A program made the position numbers and the translations under genes. Below the pieces are notes generated by a model. That model saw only the letters and a list, made by a program, of their open reading frames with translations, did no database searches and had not been told where the DNA came from. This document shows positions 1 to 9,833 of a stretch of 64,000 nucleotides of DNA, one piece after another; position 1 is the first letter of the stretch; every line of letters begins with the position of its first letter. Origin of the DNA: Gemmatimonadales bacterium. Its GTDB lineage: Bacteria; Gemmatimonadota; Gemmatimonadetes; Gemmatimonadales; GWC2-71-9. The stretch lies in the NCBI GenBank assembly GCA_039794085.1, contig JBDIWC010000006.1, forward strand, positions 54,600-118,599. The letters run 5' to 3'.

Positions 1-2
1 AG

Positions 3-437
3 TCCTTCCGCCCCTGGTCGTTCTTCGGCAACGCGACGTTCATGAACAGCCGGGTGACGGTGGCGGGGAACCAGGGTCTGGCCGCGTTGCTCAACGACGA
101 CCGGGCGATGGTGGGTCAGGCCCCCTACGTGGTCAATGCCGGCCTGACGTGGACATCCCCCTCGTCGCAGTGGGCGGGATCGGTTCTGTACAACGTCGTG
201 GGTCGCCGCATCTTCAGTGTCGGAGAGAGCCCCCTTCCCAACGTGTTCGAGGAAGCCCGCAACGTGGTGGATGTGTCCCTTCGCTTCCCGATGCCGGGGG
301 CCCTGAGCGGCCGGATCGACGCGAAGAACCTGCTCGATGCCTCGGCCCAGCTCACCCAGGGGTCCGTAACCAAGCAGTTCAGCCGGAGCGGGCGCCAGTT
401 CTCGGTGGGGTTCAGCTGGGTTCCCTCCGGCTCGTGA
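3..437 (+). CDS. TonB-dependent receptor, C-terminal part (5' end outside window)
   Basis: Frame open from base 3; amphipathic barrel strands and typical TBDR ending (GQAPYVVNAGL...DVSLRF...KNLLD...GRQFSVGFSW). Confidence 0.85.
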   Translation, partial: SFRPWSFFGNATFMNSRVTVAGNQGLAALLNDDRAMVGQAPYVVNAGLTWTSPSSQWAGSVLYNVVGRRIFSVGESPLPNVFEEARNVVDVSLRFPMPGALSGRIDAKNLLDASAQLTQGSVTKQFSRSGRQFSVGFSWVPSGS

Positions 438-572
438 CCGAGCTGTGACAGGAGCGACGCCGGGGTGTCGCCCGGGGTGCCGAGGTTTCGGGTGCCTCGG
501 GCGACGTGTCCTGAGGCCGGGAAGCCCGCGACGCACCCGTTCACCGACTTCAGCTCAAAGGACCCTGGGACA

Positions 573-2288
573 ATGTTGCAGACCCTCTTCCGCACGACCC
601 GCTGGATCCCCGCCGGCCTGGTGGTCCTGGTGGCCGCCTGCAGTGACGATGACGGACCGGGGACCAACCCGACACCTCCCCCCCCCGCGATTCCTCTCGT
701 GGCCCCCGCCGGAGTGAACGCCACCGCGGCGTCGGCCACCGCGATCACCGTCTCGTTCACTCCCTCAGCGGGCGCCACGACCCACCGGGTTGAGCGGGCC
801 CAGGGCGCAGGTGGCACCTTTTCGCAGGCGGGCACGACCACAGCCAGCCCCTTCAACGACACGGGGCTGACTCCCTCCACCCTGTATCGCTACCGGGTTG
901 TGGCTGTGCGGGGCACCGAAGAGGCCGCGTCCGGTGAGGTGCAGGCCACCACCCAGGCACTGCAGCCGGGCTCGAGCGTCGTGGAGGTCTCGTCCGACAT
1001 CACCACCAACACGACGTGGACGGCCAACAACACCTACCTCTTGAAGGGGTTCATTCACGTGGCCAACGGCGCCACCCTCACGATTGAGCCGGGCACGGTC
1101 ATTCAGGGCGACTTCAACACCCTGGGATCCTCGTTGTTTGTCTTGCGCGGATCGAAGATCATCGCCAACGGCACGGCGGCTCAGCCCATCGTCTTCACGA
1201 GCTCGCAGCCGGTGGGGCAGCGGCAGGCCGGAGACTGGGGGGGATTGATCCTTGTGGGGAACGGGATCATCAATCGCGCCGCCCCGGTCATTCTCGAAGG
1301 GACGGGAACCAATGCCAGCAACTTTGCGATCGACTATGCGGGAGGGACTGACAACACGGACAACAGCGGAAGCCTCCGCTTCGTGCGGGTGGAATTCGCC
1401 GGATTCGGACCCGCGCCGGACGCCGAGCTCAACACCTTCACCTTCGCCGCGGTCGGATCAGGTACGGTACTGGAGAATCTTCAGTCTCTGAACGGTCTGG
1501 ATGATTCATTTGAGTGGTTCGGTGGCGCGGTCGACGGGAAGAACCTGGTGAGTTACAACTCCGGTGATGACCACTTCGACATGTCCGAGGGGTACGTGGG
1601 CCGTCTCCAGTTCCTGATCGCGTATCAGAGCCGCACGGTAGTGCCCCGGCCCACGGCGGGGAACATCTCCGGCGATCCCCAAGGATTTGAGAACGACGGG
1701 TGCGCCGGGGCGAACTGCACCAATGGCCAGAACTCACTCCCACTGAACGCTCCCCTGGTGGCGAACTTCACCCTGGTCGGTCCTCCGAGCACGGTCACCA
1801 GTTCCTCGGGCGGGATCGGCATGATGCTCCGCCGCGGGACGGCAGGAGTCTACATCAACGGGGTCACCGCCCGCTGGAGCCGGGCCGGGATCAGTCTCCG
1901 GGATCAGAGCACACTGGATCGCATCACCTCGGGCGAGCTTCGGGTGTCGAACGTGGCCGTGGCCGAATCCCCGGTTATCTTCCAGCCCCAGACGGGTACG
2001 ACGGTGCAGGGCACGGTGAACACCGGCACCAACAGCATTCAGGACCTTCTGGCGACCCCGGCGGGAACGCTGTTCACCGCCTTGCCCGGCTCGGAACCGG
2101 CGGGACCGGCCGACCTCGACTGGAGTCCGTCCGCGGGGAGCCCCCTCACGACCGGCGGTCTCTCCATCTTCACGGGTCCCCTCGCCACCAAGGCCGGGAC
2201 GTTCGTTCAGCCGACGGCCTACCGGGGCGCCGCGGGTCCGGGCCTGCCGAAGTGGTGGTCGGGATGGACCAACTTCGCGGTCAATTGA
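573..2288 (+). CDS. Surface lipoprotein with FN3 domain and beta-helix-like repeat domain, TBDR-associated
   Basis: ATG 573; lipobox LVAAC; FN3 signature (FNDTGLTPSTLYRYRVVAV); DDSFEWFGG/DDHFD acidic repeats. Confidence 0.85.
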   Translation: MLQTLFRTTRWIPAGLVVLVAACSDDDGPGTNPTPPPPAIPLVAPAGVNATAASATAITVSFTPSAGATTHRVERAQGAGGTFSQAGTTTASPFNDTGLTPSTLYRYRVVAVRGTEEAASGEVQATTQALQPGSSVVEVSSDITTNTTWTANNTYLLKGFIHVANGATLTIEPGTVIQGDFNTLGSSLFVLRGSKIIANGTAAQPIVFTSSQPVGQRQAGDWGGLILVGNGIINRAAPVILEGTGTNASNFAIDYAGGTDNTDNSGSLRFVRVEFAGFGPAPDAELNTFTFAAVGSGTVLENLQSLNGLDDSFEWFGGAVDGKNLVSYNSGDDHFDMSEGYVGRLQFLIAYQSRTVVPRPTAGNISGDPQGFENDGCAGANCTNGQNSLPLNAPLVANFTLVGPPSTVTSSSGGIGMMLRRGTAGVYINGVTARWSRAGISLRDQSTLDRITSGELRVSNVAVAESPVIFQPQTGTTVQGTVNTGTNSIQDLLATPAGTLFTALPGSEPAGPADLDWSPSAGSPLTTGGLSIFTGPLATKAGTFVQPTAYRGAAGPGLPKWWSGWTNFAVN

Positions 2289-2308
2289 GACTTTCCGTTC
2301 CCTCATCC

Positions 2309-2346
2309 GTGCTGCCGGTGTCTCCCTCGGGGGGCACCGGCAGTAC
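2309..2346 (+). terminator. GC-rich stem-loop downstream of lipoprotein gene
   Basis: GTGCTGCCGGTG...CACCGGCAGTAC inverted repeat 20 nt after stop; no clear U-tract. Confidence 0.5.
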
Positions 2347-2980
2347 CGTCGGGGTCCCGGACCTGCGGCATGCACGAGCTGCCCTGTGGGCCCTGTTTCT
2401 GATGGCGGGCTGCCACTCGGCTCCGCAGGCGAGGCTGGAGGAGGAGGCACTGGCAGCCGAAGCCACCCCCACGACCACTCGGATCGTGGACAGCATCCTT
2501 CCTCTCGAGGAGGAGATTCGGCGGTTCACCAACACCTCGCCCCCTCTTCTTCACTTGTCCAATGGAGCCCCCAGCCGAGAGGAGCTCGTGGAGCAGTGGG
2601 TGGCCGCCATTGAAACGCGGGACTCGGCGGCCCTGGGCCGGCTGCACGTCACTCCGGGCGAATTCATCGGTCTCTATTATCCGAACTCCGTCTACACCTC
2701 ACCCCCCTATCGGCAGAGTCCCTCTCTGGTCTGGTTCCGCATGGTCAACTCGTCGAGTCGGGGTTCCACGAGAGTGATGCAGCGCCATGGGGGTCACCCC
2801 TTCCCTCTCCGCGGACTCCGGTGCGAGGAAGCCCCGATGCCCCGCGGCCCCATCCGGGTCTGGTCCCCCTGCCTGGTTCAACGAGAAGGGGATTCCACGG
2901 CGCCGGACCAGCGCCTCTTTGGTCCGATCCTCGAGCACGAGGGCCGATTCAAGTTCCTGACCTACGACTCGGAGTACTGA
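2309..2980 (+). CDS. Hypothetical lipoprotein (start uncertain, 2309-2402)
   Basis: 3' part of ORF 1700..2980 reads as globular protein after lipobox-like ALFLMAGC. Confidence 0.65.
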   Translation: MLPVSPSGGTGSTVGVPDLRHARAALWALFLMAGCHSAPQARLEEEALAAEATPTTTRIVDSILPLEEEIRRFTNTSPPLLHLSNGAPSREELVEQWVAAIETRDSAALGRLHVTPGEFIGLYYPNSVYTSPPYRQSPSLVWFRMVNSSSRGSTRVMQRHGGHPFPLRGLRCEEAPMPRGPIRVWSPCLVQREGDSTAPDQRLFGPILEHEGRFKFLTYDSEY

Positions 2981-3672
2981 GCAGGAACGGAGGACGCCCT
3001 CCCCTCGGAACCCTCCTTGCGCACGACCCAAGTGGTCATGCTCCGCAGCTGGTCGACGAGAGTGGTCTTGAGGGGGTCGAGGAGACACCCCCCGAGAGCG
3101 GCAGTCGTGTCGTGCAGGAAGGGTGCGTCGACCAGAAAGCGAGTGGATCCATCCGGGAGGCGAAACCAGCGACCTCCCAGCGGATCGAGCTGGTCCTGCA
3201 TCCCGATCGTCGAAGCCAGTCGGCAGAACAGCATCCCTCCCGGCCGCAGGACCCGCCAGAGCTCCCGGACCGCGCGGTGGAAGGCGTCCTCGTCCGGGGA
3301 GAAGTGCAGGAGCGCGTTCGCGATCACGACGTCGAACCTGTCAGCTGGAAACGGGATTGCCTCGATGGAGGCGAGTTGGAAGTTGTCGGGGGACAGGGAT
3401 GGCGCGTGCCTTGCCGCCAGGGCCCGAACCACCCGCACGGATTCCTCCGATGTGTCCACGCCCCAGGCGACGTATCCCGCTCTCAGGAAGTATTCCAGGT
3501 TGCGCCCCGTGCCCATCCCCGCGTCGAGCAGGCTCATGCCCGGCGTGATCCGCCCCCGCAGCAGCTGGTCGAGGAGGTAGATGTCGACGCCCCCCAGGGT
3601 GGAGAGCCATCCCCCTGGATCGGGATGGACCGGATTTCCCCCCGACGCGGGGGCGCTATCCCTTCCTGGCAT
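2962..3672 (-). CDS. Class I SAM-dependent methyltransferase
   Basis: Motif I LLDAGMGTGRN, FDVVIANALLH, RVLRPGG. Confidence 0.9.
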   Translation of the reverse strand: MPGRDSAPASGGNPVHPDPGGWLSTLGGVDIYLLDQLLRGRITPGMSLLDAGMGTGRNLEYFLRAGYVAWGVDTSEESVRVVRALAARHAPSLSPDNFQLASIEAIPFPADRFDVVIANALLHFSPDEDAFHRAVRELWRVLRPGGMLFCRLASTIGMQDQLDPLGGRWFRLPDGSTRFLVDAPFLHDTTAALGGCLLDPLKTTLVDQLRSMTTWVVRKEGSEGRASSVPAQYSES

Positions 3673-4573
3673 GCGAGTCCGCCTGATGTCCGGTGACCGG
3701 AGGAACCCCGACGAGTTCGACCGTCGTGGACCCGAGCTGCACCCGACCCGCCGTGTTATCGATCGCGTTCAGCACGGCCTCGTACAACTGATCCTTAGTC
3801 CCGCGGCGACTGCGGTAGTCGACGGGGTACCGGATCGTGTAGGACAACCAATTGTCGGTGGCCACCAGAGTCACGAAGGGGATCAGCCGCGCCGGTTCAA
3901 TCCGATACCGCATGACCAACTCGGCCCAGGCGCCCGCAGCCGACTCAGCATAGGCCCCCGTCACCGCACTCGCCGTCTCCTCCAGGATACTCCTGGCAAG
4001 CACACGATCCGAACGATAGCTGATGGGCAGAACAATCTCGTCCCAGAGAAAGGGAAAATCCGCGCTGTAGTTGAAGACAGGCTCCTTGAACACGAAGCTG
4101 TTGGCGACCCGCACGATCCGCCCGTTGTACAGATCGCCATCGACCCAATCCCCGCACTCCATGAGCGTGGTGCGAAGGATTCCAATGTCGATGACGTCCC
4201 CCCGGATGCCCCCGAGCCGGACGCGATCCCCCACGCGGAAGAAACCACCCGCCAGCACGGCCACCCACCCCGCCACACTCGCAATCACCTCTTGCAGGGC
4301 AAAGGCCACACCAGCCCCGGCCACCCCAAATGCGACGGTCAGTCCTCCCAATCGATCACTGAGCCCCTCGGCGATGTAGATGGCTGCCACCGTATACCCA
4401 AGAAGGATCACGAGCTTTCTGGTTCGATATCGTCCGTCCACGTCCTGGATTCGCGGGGTCAGGCGGCGAGTGACCACCCACACGGCGGCGTAGATGACAA
4501 CCAGGCCGATCAGGATGCGCAGCAGTCGCAGGCTCAGCGGATTGGTCAGCCAGGGGGGCAACCCATCAAGCAT
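3656..4573 (-). CDS. mscS: MscS-family mechanosensitive channel
   Basis: Three TM segments, GAGVAFALQ pore helix, FRVGDRV..GDVIDIGILRT beta domain. Confidence 0.92.
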   Translation of the reverse strand: MLDGLPPWLTNPLSLRLLRILIGLVVIYAAVWVVTRRLTPRIQDVDGRYRTRKLVILLGYTVAAIYIAEGLSDRLGGLTVAFGVAGAGVAFALQEVIASVAGWVAVLAGGFFRVGDRVRLGGIRGDVIDIGILRTTLMECGDWVDGDLYNGRIVRVANSFVFKEPVFNYSADFPFLWDEIVLPISYRSDRVLARSILEETASAVTGAYAESAAGAWAELVMRYRIEPARLIPFVTLVATDNWLSYTIRYPVDYRSRRGTKDQLYEAVLNAIDNTAGRVQLGSTTVELVGVPPVTGHQADSHARKG

Positions 4574-4582
4574 CAGGAAACC

Positions 4583-7500
4583 TCATGCCATTCCCCGCGG
4601 CAGGAGGTTTGCCGCCTGAATCCGATCCAGAACGACGTGACGCATCACGGAGCGAACCCGATAGGCCACTCCCGGGACCACGCGGACCCCGGCCTCGGCA
4701 CGGAGAGTGTCGGTTGCATCCTCGGCCAGGTGGGGCTCCAGCAGGCGCAAGGCCAGAAGATGTTCCAGTGCCTGCCGGGCTCGCTCCTCGCTGAGGCGGA
4801 AGATGGCCGCGTGCTCGGCCACCGTCAGCGTCGCGTGCATGAGCAGCGCCCGGAGGGTCATCGTACTCACCAGGGGGAGGGAGTCGAGAAAGCGATAGTC
4901 GAGCCGGTCGATCGGCCGGAGCGTCACTCGGCCCCCCGGCTGCCCCTCTCCGCCTCCTTCCTCAAACCTGGCGGAGCGGAGCCAATACAGAAGGGCCTGC
5001 CCGATGTCCCCTTCGGTGGCCCGGGCCATCCGATCGATGTAGAGCGAGCGCAGAAGACGATCACGGGCCTCCGCCGTTCGCACCCGGGCCAGTCTCTGCC
5101 GCAGAAGGAACCCCGGGAGGTCGGGAGGAAGCACCTGAAGCGCGAGTCCGCTCCATTCATGGCGTGTCAGGAGGGCTTGTTCCAATTCTCTCCGGCCCAG
5201 GGGATCGAGGTGAATGTGGCGAAACGCACGCAACGCCTCGGCGAGTTCGGCACGCACCACCGGCCCCGCCACACCATTGATCGACAGGATCCAGTGCACC
5301 CTGCTGTCGGAACGGGTACAGAACCCCAGGAACGCCTCCATCAGCCATGCCCCCTCCGGCACGTGGAGAAAAAGGTACTCGATATCGTCCACGATCACGA
5401 CGCCACCACTTCGCGGTTCGTCCGAGAGAAGAGCCCTTTCAAGATCCGCGAGCGTGGAGGCACCCGAGTGACCGAGGACCGCGCCGAGAGCTTCCGCGAG
5501 GACCGCCTCCGAGGACATCCGCGTGGACAGGGTCATCCACCGGACGGGGACACTCTCGATCTCCTCGGACACAACCGAGAGGAAGCTGGTTCGTCCCCCG
5601 CCGGGAAGCGCCTCGACGAGGACAGATCCGGCGGGGTGACCCCGGCCCCACCGGCTGATGTGATCTCCGACCAGTTCCAGCGGCGCATCCCTCCCGGCGA
5701 GAAGTTGCCGTCGTTCGAGGGGGCCCTCCCCGAAGAGGCGGCGGTACACCATGGGGAAGGTGGCCCGGTGTGCGGCCACCTCCTCCAGCGAATCGACGGT
5801 GGACAGCCATTGCGCCTCGGTGGGCCGGGCCACACCGACCGCCGCCTGTCCCCGCGAGAGCAACTGGCGGACTCGGGCGACGACCGCCACCATCCGTGGC
5901 TGCAGATCGTCCCATGCATGCCGAGCGGCATGCCGCCCGAGGTACCATCGACGCTGAATGGCCCGCACGGCTGACGCCCCGAGGCCCTGCCAGGATCGTT
6001 GGTTGGCCGCGGCCCGGTTCACGCGTCGCTGGAAGTCGGTCCAATCCTCATGGAGGGCCTCCCAGACAGACCGGGCGAGATCCCCCCAAGCCGGCTGCAG
6101 ACCCTCCACCGCGCGGGTCATGGTGTCGGTGGCTCGGGCCAGGCCGTCGCAGGCCACCGTGAGGGCACGGGTCGAGGGGCCTTCCTCTCCTTCACCGGGG
6201 GAGTCGTCGGGACCCTCCCGGAGAGCCTCCCGAGCCGCATCCAGCGCATACTCGACGATGTGAGGCACCTGGTGGACCATCGCCCAGGCCTTGATGACCC
6301 GCTCCCGGTACCGGGGAACGGCACGACCCAATACCACCGGGAGGGGGGGCTGGAAGGCTTCGCGGGCGGCATCCCGGGGGCTCCAGGGCACCGGCAGCGC
6401 CGCGGGATCGATGTCCCCGGATCCCGCCGCGAGGGTCGTGGGAAGGACTTCGTCAGGGAGCTGGGCGATCAGCGCCTCGATCTGCCGAGCTTCGCGAGAC
6501 CCCAGATGATCGAGGGCCTTTTCCGCCCGGCTGACACCGGCCAGATCAATCAGCCGTTCGGTTTCCTCCGCCTGAGCCGCTGCCTGCGCGAGTGCCTGTT
6601 TCAGTACTCCCTCCGCCTCCGGGTCTGGTTCGGACAATCGGCTCCGCACGTTCCGGAGTTCGTCTGCCAGCCGATCCACCACCTCCGCCAGGGGTTGGAG
6701 GGTCTGGCCCCGCAGCCGGGTGAGCAACTGGTTCTCGAGTTCAGTGATTTCACGCCGAAAGCGCACTCGGGCCATCAGGGCCCGGAGTTCCCTCTCCCCG
6801 CGGGTGGCCCACTGATCCCATTCCCGACCCCGGATCTCCAGGCGGTCGCCCCAGACAGGGGGCCGGTCACCGGGACGCCAGGCGCGAGGAAGGAGGGGTG
6901 TACCGGCCAGGAGCAGCGACCGACGGAAGATCTCCGCGGCGTCCGTGGTGGACAGGGCCGGCGGGGGCGCCACGGCAGCCAGATCTTGCAGGGTCCGATG
7001 GAACTGCGCGATCGCCTCCCGTGTCTCCGCCGACTCCATGTCGGGAATCACCCGGTCCTCCTCCGCCCCGGGAGTGCCCTCGGGAAGATGGAGGCCAGGC
7101 GTGTCGTGGGCCTGGTCGAGGAGGAGAACCGCCTCCATCAGGGTGGTGGCCGCACGCACCATCTGAACCCAGGGCCGTCCCCACAGCACCTGCATCTCTT
7201 CGTGACGCAAAAAGTGCCGGGCGCCGAGCCGCTCGTCGACATGCGCGTGCCAGTAGCCTCGGATGTCGACATCCCGCTGGCACTCACCCTCCGGCGTCCG
7301 CCCCCACAGGCCTCGCAGGGCGTTGGCCATGGTGCCCAGCCGACGGCGGATCCGGACTCCCCGCTTGAGCCACCGTACTCTCGGGGGGTCATCGGGGAGC
7401 GGGTCGTAAAACTCCGGGGGATCACAGGCCGCCAGAACCGCGGAGTGCACGGAGGCCGCTTCCCGGAGCGACCGACGGAGGTCCCGCAGGGAGGTCCGGA

Positions 7501-7804
7501 TCCGGTCGGCCGGCCGAGTGTGCTCCATGACCTCACGCAGCGGGTCCAGGGTCCCGTCGATCACCGCGTCACGATAGGCCACGACGCCACGCCAGGTCAT
7601 CGGGCCGGACTCGAGGAGGATCCGGCTCGCCGTCTCATGAGCCATGGTGGCCGATCGTGCGGCCGTGGCCAGGGCCTGAATGACCCGGGTCTCCAGCATC
7701 GCCTCCCACTCCGCCGTTTCCCGGTCGGCCCGGTCGAGGAGGGCATCTCCGAGTGCGCCGACCTCGTCGTCCGACAGGAGCGTGGTCTCGGAGTCCGTTG
7801 TCAT
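4583..7804 (-). CDS. Large P-loop ATPase-like protein (helical N-terminus, degenerate AAA/STAND-like C-terminus)
   Basis: 1073 aa; LLAGRDAPL, Walker A-like ALPGGGRTS, Walker B-like VVIVDDIE, C-terminal wHTH-like segment; coupled to mscS genes. Confidence 0.8.
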   Translation of the reverse strand: MTTDSETTLLSDDEVGALGDALLDRADRETAEWEAMLETRVIQALATAARSATMAHETASRILLESGPMTWRGVVAYRDAVIDGTLDPLREVMEHTRPADRIRTSLRDLRRSLREAASVHSAVLAACDPPEFYDPLPDDPPRVRWLKRGVRIRRRLGTMANALRGLWGRTPEGECQRDVDIRGYWHAHVDERLGARHFLRHEEMQVLWGRPWVQMVRAATTLMEAVLLLDQAHDTPGLHLPEGTPGAEEDRVIPDMESAETREAIAQFHRTLQDLAAVAPPPALSTTDAAEIFRRSLLLAGTPLLPRAWRPGDRPPVWGDRLEIRGREWDQWATRGERELRALMARVRFRREITELENQLLTRLRGQTLQPLAEVVDRLADELRNVRSRLSEPDPEAEGVLKQALAQAAAQAEETERLIDLAGVSRAEKALDHLGSREARQIEALIAQLPDEVLPTTLAAGSGDIDPAALPVPWSPRDAAREAFQPPLPVVLGRAVPRYRERVIKAWAMVHQVPHIVEYALDAAREALREGPDDSPGEGEEGPSTRALTVACDGLARATDTMTRAVEGLQPAWGDLARSVWEALHEDWTDFQRRVNRAAANQRSWQGLGASAVRAIQRRWYLGRHAARHAWDDLQPRMVAVVARVRQLLSRGQAAVGVARPTEAQWLSTVDSLEEVAAHRATFPMVYRRLFGEGPLERRQLLAGRDAPLELVGDHISRWGRGHPAGSVLVEALPGGGRTSFLSVVSEEIESVPVRWMTLSTRMSSEAVLAEALGAVLGHSGASTLADLERALLSDEPRSGGVVIVDDIEYLFLHVPEGAWLMEAFLGFCTRSDSRVHWILSINGVAGPVVRAELAEALRAFRHIHLDPLGRRELEQALLTRHEWSGLALQVLPPDLPGFLLRQRLARVRTAEARDRLLRSLYIDRMARATEGDIGQALLYWLRSARFEEGGGEGQPGGRVTLRPIDRLDYRFLDSLPLVSTMTLRALLMHATLTVAEHAAIFRLSEERARQALEHLLALRLLEPHLAEDATDTLRAEAGVRVVPGVAYRVRSVMRHVVLDRIQAANLLPRGMA

Positions 7805-9006
7805 GGGCTCACCGGAGGGTTCGCCGGGGATGGTGTCACCAGGCGGACAGGAAATCCCACGGGAATCATCCCGCGGCGCAGGTATTCCATCTTGGCGGTT
7901 TCGGTGACGTCGCTGGCGAAGACGAACTCATGCCGGGTGTCGATCACGTAGGCCTTGACGCGAATCACCGTGAGGAACACCTCCCGAAACTCATCCTTGA
8001 CCAGCACCACGATGGGCTTGTCGAGGTGAGTGTACTTCGACATGGCGGCCGCACTGTGGGCGATCTCGCGCGCCTCCCGGGGATCGACCCACCCCGGCAG
8101 GTACAGGTCCACCACCACCTGACAGTCGAGCGCCCCGGTGTTGGCATTGGCCACATGTGCCTCGACCACGGCGCCATTCGGCACGGAGACCAGGCTGTCA
8201 TCCGGGGTCTGGAGCCGGGTGGCCCGCAGACCGATGCTCATCACCTCACCGTAGGTTTCTCCGACACGGACCTTGTCCCCGACCTGGAACGGCTGGTCAA
8301 AGATGATGATGAGCCCCCCCAGGAAATCCTTCAGTACCCCCTGGGAGGCGAAACCGACACCCACTCCCACGGCGGCCCCCACCGCCAGGAGTCCGCTCTG
8401 ATCCAGGTCGTACACCACGGCCACGATCAGCCAGGTGGCGAAGGTGTAGATCACGAGCCGGGCCACCGGCAGGAACCGCATGTAGTACAGGCGGCGCTTG
8501 GCGCTCCGTTCCGCGAGCCCGGTCAGCAACCAGCTGAGGAGACGGATCAGGATCCAGGCCAGCCCGAGGACCACCACGGCCCAGATGGTTCTCATCCCGT
8601 AACGGCGTACCCCGGCAATCGCTTCGGATGCACTGGGCGCCCCGGTGCCGGTGTCCGCCGCAACTTCGGCGAGTGCCTGCTGTGCACGGGCCGCGACAGA
8701 CTCGGACAACAGCACGACCGTCGTCCCCAGGCGACTGATCTCCTGACGGAGACTGTCCAGGGTGCTGCGAGGTACCACCACCGTGTCGGATGACGCGGTC
8801 AGAGTGTCGGGGGGCGTGGACGTGGTGTCGGAAGGCGGGCGTTGCGTGGACGAATCCTGCTCACCGAGCCCGGACCCCGCCCCCGGGTCGGGAGAGGTGA
8901 CGGCGACGGTGTCCCCCCCGAGAGCGGGAGGGGTGCTCTCGGAGCCGCGGCAGGCGGGTGTCCCCACCACGAACAGACAGACCGACACCAACCGGATCAG
9001 GGACAT
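7801..9006 (-). CDS. mscS: MscS-family channel with N-terminal signal/lipoprotein-like extension
   Basis: GVGVGFASQ, PFQVGDKV..GEVMSIGLRAT, VSVPN; N-terminal hydrophobic stretch ending PAC, then S/T/P-rich linker. Confidence 0.9.
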   Translation of the reverse strand: MSLIRLVSVCLFVVGTPACRGSESTPPALGGDTVAVTSPDPGAGSGLGEQDSSTQRPPSDTTSTPPDTLTASSDTVVVPRSTLDSLRQEISRLGTTVVLLSESVAARAQQALAEVAADTGTGAPSASEAIAGVRRYGMRTIWAVVVLGLAWILIRLLSWLLTGLAERSAKRRLYYMRFLPVARLVIYTFATWLIVAVVYDLDQSGLLAVGAAVGVGVGFASQGVLKDFLGGLIIIFDQPFQVGDKVRVGETYGEVMSIGLRATRLQTPDDSLVSVPNGAVVEAHVANANTGALDCQVVVDLYLPGWVDPREAREIAHSAAAMSKYTHLDKPIVVLVKDEFREVFLTVIRVKAYVIDTRHEFVFASDVTETAKMEYLRRGMIPVGFPVRLVTPSPANPPVSP

Positions 9007-9080
9007 GGCCAGGATAACTCCCCGGAGAGTGGGAATGGGGCTTCGGAGAATATACTCCGACCCTGGATGGGCGCTCTCGC

Positions 9081-9833
9081 TCAGGGTCGAACCGGGAATC
9101 CCCTCTCGCGGAGGTGCGCACGGGCCTCGGGCAGGGAGCTACCCTGGTCGTGGAAGATGGTCGCCGCCAGAACGGCGTGGGCCCCGGCCGTCAACGCTTC
9201 GGCGAGATGCTCGAGGGTTCCCGCCCCTCCGGACGCCACCACCGGGATGCGCACCGTCTGAGCGGCACGCGCGAGCAGTTCGAGATCATACCCCCGCCCC
9301 GTTCCGTCCCGGTCCATCGACGTCAACAGGATCTCGCCAGCGCCCCGGGCCTCGGCCTCCCGAATCCAGTCGAGGCCGTCGCGGTGGGTCGGCTCCTTCC
9401 CGCCGCGAACCATCACCTGGTAGACCTCGCCATTCCATCGAACGTCCACCGCGACGACGATGCACTGACTCCCGAAGGCACGTGACAGCCGGGTGACGAG
9501 ATCCGGGTCCCGCACGGCGGCGCTGTTGACCGCGATCTTGTCCGCTCCGGCGCGGAGTGTCCGGGCCGCATCCTTCTCGGAGCGGATCCCTCCGCCCACC
9601 GTGAAGGGAATGAAGATCGAGTCGGCCACGCGCGAGACGACATCGAGGGTCGTGGCCCGGTCCTCATCGGTGGCGGAGATATCCAGCAGGACGAGTTCGT
9701 CCGCCCCGTCCCGGTCGTAGCGCGTCGCCTGGGTCACGGGGTCACCGGCGTCGCGGAGTGATGTGAAGTGCACACCCTTGACCACCCGTCCTCCGGCCAC
9801 ATCGAGACAGGGAATGATCCGCCGGGCTAGCAC
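9081..9833 (-). CDS. hisF: Imidazole glycerol phosphate synthase cyclase subunit
   Basis: RIIPCLDV, GADEL, TVGGGI, GAGEILLTSMDRDGT, ASGGAG. Confidence 0.97.
   Translation of the reverse strand: MLARRIIPCLDVAGGRVVKGVHFTSLRDAGDPVTQATRYDRDGADELVLLDISATDEDRATTLDVVSRVADSIFIPFTVGGGIRSEKDAARTLRAGADKIAVNSAAVRDPDLVTRLSRAFGSQCIVVAVDVRWNGEVYQVMVRGGKEPTHRDGLDWIREAEARGAGEILLTSMDRDGTGRGYDLELLARAAQTVRIPVVASGGAGTLEHLAEALTAGAHAVLAATIFHDQGSSLPEARAHLRERGFPVRP

Noticed and set aside
1700..2308. N-terminal part of ORF 1700..2980
   Set aside because: Off-frame overlap with the lipoprotein gene; low-complexity Arg/Gly/Pro translation.
3581..7951. Long plus-strand ORFs (797 aa and 650 aa)
   Set aside because: Antisense shadows of the mscS/ATPase genes, typical of high-GC DNA; no motifs.
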